Below are positions 8,080 to 15,264 of a DNA stretch of 24,322 bases, in pieces. Under the pieces are notes generated by a model, which did not search any database, was not told where the DNA came from, and saw nothing but the letters and a program-made list of their open reading frames with translations. The position numbers and the translations under genes are program-made. Positions within the stretch are counted from its first letter, which is position 1, and the number at the start of each line of letters is the position of its first letter. Source of the DNA: a virus; IMG/VR virus record IMGVR_UViG_3300014911_000466. One strand, written 5' to 3'.

Positions 8080-8253
8080 TCATCTACGCCTCCTTTTCTT
8101 TCTTTTCGGCCTGAAATGTTCACATTCCACTATGGAATCGCGGTGGATAAGCGGATTGTTAAAGTGAGCGTTTGGGTTGACGCATTCAACATGTAACTCG
8201 TCAAAGTATCGGCTAAAACAGCATTTCCAGCATAAAACCTTAGCCTTAGGCAA
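8080..8253 (-). CDS. Small Cys-rich protein, 57 aa (not in ORF track)
   Basis: MPKAKVLCWKCCFSRYFDELHVECVNP...ECEHFRPKRKKRRRR; GGAGG SD; fills the operon gap. Confidence 0.6.
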   Translation of the reverse strand: MPKAKVLCWKCCFSRYFDELHVECVNPNAHFNNPLIHRDSIVECEHFRPKRKKRRRR

Positions 8254-8392
8254 TTCTTTTCCTCCGCTTTTTTATTACTCGAAAAGTCAAATCGCGAATG
8301 TTATCGAGGTAATTAAGCAAAAGCTGAAAGCCATACCTTCCGCCCTTGTATAGGATGCGTTTACCCCTAAAAATCAAATAAACATCACTCAT
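8246..8392 (-). CDS. Small basic protein, 48 aa (not in ORF track)
   Basis: MSDVYLIFRGKRILYKGGRYGFQ...; ATGA overlap with the upstream stop. Confidence 0.55.
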   Translation of the reverse strand: MSDVYLIFRGKRILYKGGRYGFQLLLNYLDNIRDLTFRVIKKRRKRIA

Positions 8393-9180
8393 TTTTGGAC
8401 AGCCTCCAGCAAAGTTTTTTGGCTTAAAATCTCATCTAACCGACTAATCCAAGCCTTAAAGAATCGTTTTCTTTCCTCAGAGTTTTTACAGCTCCAATTT
8501 CCCAGCTTTGAGTTTACTGGGCGTGTCCATGCTGTGCTATCGAAACTGTCAATAAAGCCTTTAACAAGCCTCAAAGCTCTAAGCTTCAAACCAAAAACAT
8601 GAAGTTTCTTGTCTGGGAGTAGTTTTCTTGCAAGCCAGCATGTAGCGTAAATAATCATTATTTCCGGCTCAACACATAACATTCCAATTGCAAAATAGTC
8701 AAATTCAGAAAGAATGCCACTTCCCTGATACAGCTTTATGCATCTTTCTATGCTTTTCGGCTGTTTATTCCATCCCTGAACCGGAATAAGCCAATTAACA
8801 TAATCAAACTTCTCCGTATATTTAACGACATTCTGAAATGTCCTTTCAATATTAGTAACTTCTGTGGAAAGCCAAAGATTGCCAGGATGATAGTCATCGC
8901 AGTAATCTGGAACTGTAGCGTAAACTTCAGCATCCGGAAGAATACGCCTCAAATAATTATGAAGCTTAACAATCCTGTAGATATGTCCTTTCGGATAGTC
9001 TTTAACTTGTGGATTTCTGAAAATCTCAATGCCACTGTCAACTATAACGCTTTTAATAGCCTTTCTATGCCTGTGGATGTAGCCTAAAGCAGGATTATTA
9101 GCGTTAATCAATATATATGGCCAATCCACATCGGAAGGAGGCAAAGTATAAAATCTAATCACGGCTACATCAGCTCCCAA
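8389..9180 (-). CDS. tRNA-guanine transglycosylase / DpdA-like enzyme
   Basis: Motifs VDSG, PDY, IPVQG, AIG, LHVFG and DSFDSTAW in TGT-barrel order; the start may be GTG 9162. Confidence 0.75.
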   Translation of the reverse strand: MGADVAVIRFYTLPPSDVDWPYILINANNPALGYIHRHRKAIKSVIVDSGIEIFRNPQVKDYPKGHIYRIVKLHNYLRRILPDAEVYATVPDYCDDYHPGNLWLSTEVTNIERTFQNVVKYTEKFDYVNWLIPVQGWNKQPKSIERCIKLYQGSGILSEFDYFAIGMLCVEPEIMIIYATCWLARKLLPDKKLHVFGLKLRALRLVKGFIDSFDSTAWTRPVNSKLGNWSCKNSEERKRFFKAWISRLDEILSQKTLLEAVQK

Positions 9181-9497
9181 AGCTTAAAATACGGTCTTTT
9201 CCCGTGAAACCAGCCGTGCCCAAGCAGCCTATGCGTTAACTCATCGCTTCTATTCATGGCTTTCTGGATTGCTTCAAGCTGTTCCTGCGTGAGGAAAAGC
9301 GTTGGAACCCCAAAATCCTCATCGACTTGTGAAGGCTTTAGGATTAGGGCTACTCCCCAGCCATTCCCAGGATACTTAGCCTTGACTTTTCTGTTTCCAA
9401 AGCCGTTCCAGCCATCATAAGAGCGGACAATGCGAGCTTCACCTAAATGGAAATATCCGTCCTTGCGAAGAATCAAGACTATCGCCCTCAGCCTCAT
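9165..9497 (-). CDS. Hypothetical protein
   Basis: Coupled ORF in the operon. Confidence 0.6.
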   Translation of the reverse strand: MRLRAIVLILRKDGYFHLGEARIVRSYDGWNGFGNRKVKAKYPGNGWGVALILKPSQVDEDFGVPTLFLTQEQLEAIQKAMNRSDELTHRLLGHGWFHGKRPYFKLWELM

Positions 9498-9745
9498 TGA
9501 ATCACTTTAAGCGATTTCGTAATCTCATCAAATTCGAGAGTTTTAACTTGGAATCCTTCGTTGCGGATTAGTTTAGCGAGTTCTTCGGGTAATTGCTCTC
9601 CTTCATACAGTACGATGCGTGAACCGCTAAAGTAGGCTACTTTCTCAATGTTGCCTTTCTCGTCTATCGTGTAAAAGATGGTTCCCAATTCGTGAAGCGA
9701 ATGCTTAAGCAATTCCGGATTCTTAATCCGAGCAAACAAGCTCAT
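9494..9745 (-). CDS. Hypothetical protein
   Basis: ATGA-coupled ORF. Confidence 0.6.
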   Translation of the reverse strand: MSLFARIKNPELLKHSLHELGTIFYTIDEKGNIEKVAYFSGSRIVLYEGEQLPEELAKLIRNEGFQVKTLEFDEITKSLKVIQ

Positions 9746-9852
9746 TCTTTTGCCTCCTTTAGGATTTGGTAGATTATCATCGCTCTAACCTCCGGATTCT
9801 CCTCTTTTGCTATTGCACGACGCAACCAGCGAATCTTAGCCCTATTCACCAT
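9742..9852 (-). CDS. Small protein, 36 aa
   Basis: ATG 9852 with SD GGTGAGG; the longer track start overlaps the upstream gene. Confidence 0.5.
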   Translation of the reverse strand: MVNRAKIRWLRRAIAKEENPEVRAMIIYQILKEAKE

Positions 9853-10117
9853 TTTCCTCACCAAAAACTCCGAGTATTTTTGCAAGATAGAAATCGTGAA
9901 GACGTAAGGTAACAAACTCGCCTGGATGAACACGGCCAGAGTGAATAGCTAACCCATGTTTACTCGCAAATTTTCTCTTACAAACGATGCAATATGGATG
10001 TTTATCTACAAGTTCCCATGCTTTGCGATACGCTTCTATAAGTTCTTCTTTGCTCAAGCTTTTAATTTTCTCTCTAAGGACAAATCTCTCCATCTTATTC
10101 AAATCTCGCGGAATCAT
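9842..10117 (-). CDS. C2H2 zinc-finger protein
   Basis: CIVCKRKFASKHGLAIHSGRVH = C-x2-C-x12-H-x4-H. Confidence 0.85.
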   Translation of the reverse strand: MIPRDLNKMERFVLREKIKSLSKEELIEAYRKAWELVDKHPYCIVCKRKFASKHGLAIHSGRVHPGEFVTLRLHDFYLAKILGVFGEENGE

Positions 10118-10314
10118 AGCTTCTTCACCTCGTCGTATGCTCTTGGAACAGAAACAAGCTTTTGAGCATGAAACAGCCACGCCAAAATCCTATAGAATTT
10201 AACCGGCTTAGGCTTCATGGCAATTCTCAAACAAGAATTCTTCCATGGACATTCATGGCATACACTATCGTTAGGCTGCCAATCGCCAAAACACCAAGGA
10301 TACCCTTTAGGCAT
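10114..10314 (-). CDS. Small 4-Cys metal-binding protein
   Basis: CFGDWQPNDSVCHECPWKNSC. Confidence 0.6.
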   Translation of the reverse strand: MPKGYPWCFGDWQPNDSVCHECPWKNSCLRIAMKPKPVKFYRILAWLFHAQKLVSVPRAYDEVKKL

Positions 10315-10516
10315 GGCTTTCCAACCTCTTCTTATTTCCTTCATTAACAACTTCGGGCTTCAAAATTGGCTCAACAATTATCGTTTCATCTTTAATTGTC
10401 ATAAGAACCTCTTTGGGCGGGCTTCCTGTCATCCTCTGAATCCAATCAAGCCAACCTTTAGGCAGCACAATTGCCTTGCTTGTTCCTACTTGGATAATTT
10501 TGCGAATTATCGGCAT
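10307..10516 (-). CDS. AbrB/SpoVT-like DNA-binding protein
   Basis: RKIIQVGTSKAIVLPKGW...IIVEP. Confidence 0.8.
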   Translation of the reverse strand: MPIIRKIIQVGTSKAIVLPKGWLDWIQRMTGSPPKEVLMTIKDETIIVEPILKPEVVNEGNKKRLESHA

Positions 10517-10521
10517 GGCTT

Positions 10522-10683
10522 TCATCTCCTCCTTGGAAGCTCTATTCCGACGGCTTCAGCCAACTCGCGGATAACACGCTTCATGTATTCAGGCCAATAC
10601 TCATGATAGCCAATTTCACGGCAGGCTTGGCAGAGTCTGCGTAAAAGACGGTTATCCCAAATAACAGTTCCAGCCCTAACCAT
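10522..10683 (-). CDS. Small protein, 53 aa, possibly RHH-like (not in ORF track)
   Basis: MVRAGTVIWDNRLLRRLCQACREIGYHEYWPEYMKRVIRELAEAVG...; fills the operon gap. Confidence 0.55.
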   Translation of the reverse strand: MVRAGTVIWDNRLLRRLCQACREIGYHEYWPEYMKRVIRELAEAVGIELPRRR

Positions 10684-10852
10684 TCCTTTCCATCTCCTTT
10701 ACCTTTTCATCAAGCCTTTTGATTGCAAGCAAACACTCCTTGGCGAGACGCCAGCACCTCGCCTCATTCTCCAATCGACGCTTCTTTGCAGCCAGAAGCT
10801 CCAGCTCAATCTTCCGCAGTAGCCTATTAGCAAAACCAGCACCACAACTCAT
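10676..10852 (-). CDS. Small coiled-coil protein, 58 aa (not in ORF track)
   Basis: MSCGAGFANRLLRKIELELLAAKKRRLENE...; ATGA overlap. Confidence 0.55.
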   Translation of the reverse strand: MSCGAGFANRLLRKIELELLAAKKRRLENEARCWRLAKECLLAIKRLDEKVKEMERNG

Positions 10853-11232
10853 TCAGAACCCTCCTTCTTTTCTTGTGGCGGAGCCATAACCGTTCCAATT
10901 TGGCTTGTAACTTGCTTGGCTATCTGCTTGGCTTCCTCAATCTGCTTCTCCAAAATCTCACGATACTCTTTAGTGGCGTAAGGTAATCTTGCAGAAGGAG
11001 TCAATAGCTGCCATTGCTCCCACAAATAAACAAGCGGACTACAAGTTTTGTTCAAAAGTTCTCTTAGAACAACCTGACCAAGCTGAGTTGTTGTAGAGCC
11101 AGCGCCACAATTCGCCAAAGTAACATTAACAGCTATTCTAACCGCTTCATTATAATGCTTCTCCGCAAACTTCAGAAAGCTCTCCCATTCGGGCGTGCCA
11201 AGAGGATAAGGAACCTTCTGGTAACCTCTCAT
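10849..11232 (-). CDS. Hypothetical protein
   Basis: Coupled ORF in the operon. Confidence 0.6.
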   Translation of the reverse strand: MRGYQKVPYPLGTPEWESFLKFAEKHYNEAVRIAVNVTLANCGAGSTTTQLGQVVLRELLNKTCSPLVYLWEQWQLLTPSARLPYATKEYREILEKQIEEAKQIAKQVTSQIGTVMAPPQEKKEGSE

Positions 11233-11453
11233 TCCTCAAAAGCCTCCTCCCATTCCTCCAGAAACATCTTCTTCAGAAACTTCTCTATCCGCTCTACTCG
11301 CCTTTCCAGCTCCTCAAACTCCGCGTAGGTAATGTGCTCCTCACTTCTGGCTTGCAATTCAGCAAGCTCATTGTCCAGAATATTCAGCGCACGGTTAAGC
11401 TCATCATTATTCGTGACAGACTTGAATCTGGAACGGCTACACATCCAACTCAA
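11229..11453 (-). CDS. Short coiled-coil protein
   Basis: Heptad pattern LERRVERIEKFL. Confidence 0.55.
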   Translation of the reverse strand: MSWMCSRSRFKSVTNNDELNRALNILDNELAELQARSEEHITYAEFEELERRVERIEKFLKKMFLEEWEEAFEE

Positions 11454-11456
11454 ACC

Positions 11457-11951
11457 TCAAAAACCCCCCCCTTTCCGTTCGAGAATTTCCTTCCTCAGGT
11501 TGTAGAGGAATACGTCGAGTTCTTCAATTGGAACAATCATTAATTCAGGAAATTTTCTCAGAAACGGTTCCAGATACAACAATCGTTTACGTTCAAAGTT
11601 TGGTGTTACAGCACAAATAAGCCTATACACCCTATTCTTTGTTGTTTCCTCTACAAATGCCTTGACTACCAGAAGCCCAGCAACGTCTCTCAAAACTGAG
11701 TCTCTACTGTTAACCACATCTATAATTACCCAACCAGACGAAGTCCCATCAAGATTTGTGACAATATCTGGAACGAAACCTTTACTGAAGGCTCCAGAAG
11801 CCCTATAAACTATCAAACCCATACCACGAATAATTTTCTTAGCCCAATTCACCAACTCATCAGGAGAAAGTTCCTTGAACAACTTGAATCTCCTGAAAAT
11901 CACAGAAGGCTTAATACACTCACTGGGGACAGAGAGAAAATCAACACTCAT
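11457..11951 (-). CDS. Possible PD-(D/E)XK-fold protein
   Basis: FVPDIV...VIIDVVN; the catalytic Lys is not apparent. Confidence 0.4.
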   Translation of the reverse strand: MSVDFLSVPSECIKPSVIFRRFKLFKELSPDELVNWAKKIIRGMGLIVYRASGAFSKGFVPDIVTNLDGTSSGWVIIDVVNSRDSVLRDVAGLLVVKAFVEETTKNRVYRLICAVTPNFERKRLLYLEPFLRKFPELMIVPIEELDVFLYNLRKEILERKGGGF

Positions 11952-12136
11952 TCTATATCTACCTCATCTTGAAGTTCAATGCCGGAAATCTCCAAGTTGA
12001 GAGAAGGATAGTTGTTTTTCCATTCTTTCGCCTTTTTCACAGCTTCATCAAAATTTTCCGCTAAAACCGTCAATTCCTCAAATACACTATCAAGGGTATC
12101 ATGGCTTTCTCTGAAGTAAACCTTCCATATCTTCAA
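11948..12136 (-). CDS. Small acidic protein
   Basis: ATGA-coupled ORF. Confidence 0.6.
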   Translation of the reverse strand: MKIWKVYFRESHDTLDSVFEELTVLAENFDEAVKKAKEWKNNYPSLNLEISGIELQDEVDIE

Positions 12137-12137
12137 C

Positions 12138-12335
12138 CTAAGAACCAGCCTCCTTTTCTCTGTGCTTTTTGAGAAATTCTTTAATCGCTTCAGTTACTAC
12201 ATCGCTTTTGCTTCTGTATTTTGGCAATCCAAATTCATCGATTTGGCTTTTCATGAATTCATCGATAGCCTTTAGAAGCTCTGTAGGTACTCTGACCGTT
12301 GTCCATTTATCTTGGTTTTGTGACATCCTCATCAC
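12138..12335 (-). CDS. RHH regulator, paralogous to the integrase N-terminal domain (Cro-like position)
   Basis: TTVRVPTELLKAIDEFMK...KSDVVTEAIKEFL versus ATVRIPRELLNSIEEFLK...KTDVVTAAVREFL. Confidence 0.85.
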   Translation of the reverse strand: MMRMSQNQDKWTTVRVPTELLKAIDEFMKSQIDEFGLPKYRSKSDVVTEAIKEFLKKHREKEAGS

Positions 12336-12436
12336 AAACTCTCTTCTGTAACCTACCTATATATATAAAATTTGTGACCATGATGTTACAAATTTTAGAG
12401 TAAAATTATTATAGATTTTGTCACATTTATGTAACA
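12319..12436. promoter_or_regulatory. Divergent promoter region with repeated TGTNACA operator-like heptamers
   Basis: TATA-like runs near 12358-12370 and 12405-12413; heptamer pairs at 12319/12330, 12373/12384 and 12419/12430. Confidence 0.7.
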
Positions 12437-13749
12437 TGGAGTTTCGCATGCAGAAAAAATATCCTGAAGAAAAAGAAGATAAACATGCAACAGTGAGAAT
12501 TCCGAGAGAACTCTTAAATTCCATAGAGGAGTTCCTCAAAACAAACGATGCAAAAAATAGAGGATTACTTCACAAGACAGATGTAGTTACAGCAGCAGTA
12601 AGAGAATTCTTAGAGGAGAGAGGATTCTTTCCAAAACCATCGAAGCCACCATTAGAACATTTCAATTTAAACGAAGACGGAGTCATAATTATTGACAGAA
12701 TAATAGAGCCCGGAAAAGAAAGACTTATCCAAGTTTACTTTAAGCCACAAGGCATACTATGCGAATATCACAACTCAAACGACTGTTATCACATTCGCTA
12801 TGCATACACAAAAGAGGACATCAAAAAAGTATTAAGAAAACATTACAAAGAAGGTTGGAAAATTCCAGACCCAGACAATCCAGAAGAATGGTGGGGCTGC
12901 CCGGATTTGAACCGGGGTCCCGAGAGCCCGAGTCTGCTTGTTGATTGGCGAAAACTCCGTAAAGATTTTCTTGTTTGGTTGAATAGTCGAGATTTGGCTT
13001 TTGATTATAGGCGTAGTATTGTCAATTATTTGGATAGGTTTGCGCCGAAACTTCGTAATGGTATGGATGTTGTCCGTTTGTTTGATAGTTTATCGGCGGG
13101 CCAGAAGCATTGTTTATTGTTTTCGCTTAGGAACTTGTTTAATTTTTGTGAGTTGGCTGGTTTTGATTCTGCTTTTATTGATGGTTTGCGTAAGGCTTTG
13201 CCTAAGGATTCTCGTTTTGTGGATAGTTATGTTCCGAGTGAAGAAGTTGTTAGGCAGAGTATAGGGAAGTTGCGGCGCATTCCAGCCAAGTATAAGGCGG
13301 TCTATAGGCTATTGTTGGAGTCTGGGTTGAGGCTTAGGGAGGCTGTTAGGCTAAGTAATGAATTTCATGAATTATATGAAAAATCTGAAATGTATGAAAG
13401 GTTTGTTTGTGTTCCGCTTTTCTGGGTTCGAGCAAGCAAGAAAAGCTTTTATGCCTATTTTATGCGTGAAACCGCAAAAATGCTATGGAATAACGGAGAA
13501 AAGCTTAGTGCAGATGCTACAAGTAAGGTTTGTAGGCGGTATGGGTTGGTGGCTCCAAAATATTTGCGGAAATTCGTTTTCCATAAAATGCTTGAGTTGG
13601 AAATTCCAGAGGGAGTAGCCGACTTCATTCAGGGAAGGGCTCCCAAAACGGTAGGTGAAAGACATTATGCCAATCTTAAACGTTTAGCAGACAAATACTA
13701 TCCAAAATATGCGGAATACTTGGAGAGGTTAAGGAATTCTGTTCTATAG
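12436..13749 (+). CDS. int: SSV1/pTN3-type tyrosine integrase with N-terminal RHH and Zn-binding domain, interrupted by attP
   Basis: Catalytic motifs SGLRLREA, KYLRK, IQGR and HY; tRNA-antisense peptide WWGCPDLNRGPESPS inside the ORF. Confidence 0.9.
   Translation: MEFRMQKKYPEEKEDKHATVRIPRELLNSIEEFLKTNDAKNRGLLHKTDVVTAAVREFLEERGFFPKPSKPPLEHFNLNEDGVIIIDRIIEPGKERLIQVYFKPQGILCEYHNSNDCYHIRYAYTKEDIKKVLRKHYKEGWKIPDPDNPEEWWGCPDLNRGPESPSLLVDWRKLRKDFLVWLNSRDLAFDYRRSIVNYLDRFAPKLRNGMDVVRLFDSLSAGQKHCLLFSLRNLFNFCELAGFDSAFIDGLRKALPKDSRFVDSYVPSEEVVRQSIGKLRRIPAKYKAVYRLLLESGLRLREAVRLSNEFHELYEKSEMYERFVCVPLFWVRASKKSFYAYFMRETAKMLWNNGEKLSADATSKVCRRYGLVAPKYLRKFVFHKMLELEIPEGVADFIQGRAPKTVGERHYANLKRLADKYYPKYAEYLERLRNSVL
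12889..12935 (-). other. attP core: 3' half of tRNA-Pro(CGG) including CCA (47 bp)
   Basis: Minus strand AGA CTCGGGC TCT CG GGAC CCCGG TTCAAAT CCGGG CAGCCCC A CCA; anticodon CGG, T-arm and acceptor 3' strand present; 5' half absent. Confidence 0.9.
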
Positions 13750-13796
13750 CTTTGCTCTATCAAAATTTTTATGCCAAAACGACAACTTTACTTTAG

Positions 13797-14045
13797 GTGA
13801 CAAACTTGAAGGTTTGGCTGTTTCTGTTATGGCTTGTAATAGTAGGATATCTGTTCGCCTTTATAACAATGAATTCGCCATACTCGCAAGGATTCGAGAT
13901 CAATATAGGTGGTGACAGATTATATGTTACCGCATACAATTGCTTCCTCCTCATATTAACGTTCGCTATTCCTTGCCTTATCGCCTCAATACTCACTGAA
14001 CTTACAGAATTGGCATATCGAAAAATTAAAAAGCAAAAGCCGTAA
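13797..14045 (+). CDS. Small two-TM membrane protein
   Basis: Two hydrophobic helices and a basic C-terminus; lies downstream of the integrase. Confidence 0.6.
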   Translation: MTNLKVWLFLLWLVIVGYLFAFITMNSPYSQGFEINIGGDRLYVTAYNCFLLILTFAIPCLIASILTELTELAYRKIKKQKP

Positions 14046-14192
14046 CTTCACCATTTTCTTTCTATCCAGTCTGAAAAATCGAAATTTATATTACCTGATA
14101 TTTTTCGTATCTTCTTCTTATGTATTGCTGGAGTTGCAGTGGCGCGCGCTATAAAAATTTGACACGACGACGAGTGGTAACAATCTACAAAG

Positions 14193-14528
14193 TTACCATC
14201 TGAACTTCATCATAGGCCGTAATTTTGAAGCGTCTGGCAAATCATCTACTGTTTTTCCTATCTTATTTAGCCACCTTTGAATAACCCCCCAATCGTGAAT
14301 GCGCTTATGGCATTCATAGCAATAAAGATGCAAGTTTCCTTGTGCATCATGATGGAATTCGCCACCTCTACAAGAAACTTGGTAAGCTCTACCATTTTTG
14401 GAAACCCTTAAACTGCCTTGAAGCTTCTTTCCACAAAATTCACATGCAGTTTCGAATTGGTTAAATCCAGTATGGAATTTTAACCCTTGCTTCTCCAAAT
14501 ACTTCAACTTTTCATCGTCTAAGCCCAA
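14193..14528 (-). CDS. HNH-type Zn-binding endonuclease-like protein
   Basis: CEFC...HH...GNLHLYCYECHKRIH. Confidence 0.65.
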   Translation of the reverse strand: MGLDDEKLKYLEKQGLKFHTGFNQFETACEFCGKKLQGSLRVSKNGRAYQVSCRGGEFHHDAQGNLHLYCYECHKRIHDWGVIQRWLNKIGKTVDDLPDASKLRPMMKFRW

Positions 14529-15205
14529 AGCTTATCGGCCTCCCTTATTTTTGAAAGTATTTTCCTTGGTGACTTATGAACATAATTCAATGCTGTTTCA
14601 ATCCTTGCGAATTTCGCGAAGTCTTGCAGCTCAAATGGATCCATTACATCGCTTAAATGAGTAAGCCTTTGATGCCTAAACCAGTGAACCCAAATATTTG
14701 GATCCAACTCATGCAGTATCTGCCATGCTCTTTGACGAGTTAAATTGAACGGTTTTCTAATGCCTTTCTCTTTACAATAATTTAGCCAGTCAATAATGTA
14801 TTTGGATAATGGATCCAACAAGCGAATGTCAACGTGATCCATAACCACTTTTAGTCCATTCTTAGCTCTGCCCCTTTTCAGAACTCTTATTCGCATTCTC
14901 ATAATCTTCTCATTTTCGACTTCTCCAAATTGGAAGTCATCGAGAGTTACTCCTTCCCACACATCCACGGATCCGTCCGGTAACTTTTTCACACGGCCGA
15001 CAATCTCGCTGATACGTCTCGCACTTAAATAGAGCAGAGCAATCAAAGCCTTATTTCTCATCTTCTGCTCTTTGGGCGTTAATCCACTCTTCAAACCAAA
15101 GCCATAATCCATCATATCAACACGGGAAATCAAACCTTCAATATAGTTCCTTCTAACAGCCATCAAACCCTCAGTAGTTCTACGTTTAGCTCCCCCCTTC
15201 TTCAT
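14519..15205 (-). CDS. Second tyrosine recombinase (catalytic domain only, Xer-like)
   Basis: SARRISEI, HWFRH and C-terminal NY; the usual LGH is replaced by AKF. Confidence 0.85.
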   Translation of the reverse strand: MKKGGAKRRTTEGLMAVRRNYIEGLISRVDMMDYGFGLKSGLTPKEQKMRNKALIALLYLSARRISEIVGRVKKLPDGSVDVWEGVTLDDFQFGEVENEKIMRMRIRVLKRGRAKNGLKVVMDHVDIRLLDPLSKYIIDWLNYCKEKGIRKPFNLTRQRAWQILHELDPNIWVHWFRHQRLTHLSDVMDPFELQDFAKFARIETALNYVHKSPRKILSKIREADKLWA

Positions 15206-15226
15206 ATTCCCACCATCTAATGGCTT

Positions 15227-15254
15227 ACTTAACCTTATTAGCGTAAGGTAAAAT
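15227..15254. other. dif-like 11-6-11 inverted-repeat site
   Basis: ACTTAACCTTA TTAGCG TAAGGTAAAAT; the arms match at 9/11. Confidence 0.6.
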
Positions 15255-15264
15255 AAACATTATT

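Noticed and set aside
11450-11475. G8/T5 tract as a phase-variation or frameshift site
   Set aside because: It lies at the very end of the gene, the -1 frame stops within a few codons, and it probably serves as the next gene's SD region
12759-12944. 61-aa ORF ending MVGLPGFEPGS
   Set aside because: Typical antisense translation of a tRNA 3' end, nested inside the integrase
12889-12960. Complete tRNA-Pro gene
   Set aside because: D-arm and 5' acceptor strand are absent; pairing stops after 3 bp of the anticodon stem
14046-14192. Hidden ORF or second dif-like site in the convergent gap
   Set aside because: The open minus frame has no start codon, and no second copy of the 28-bp site was seen
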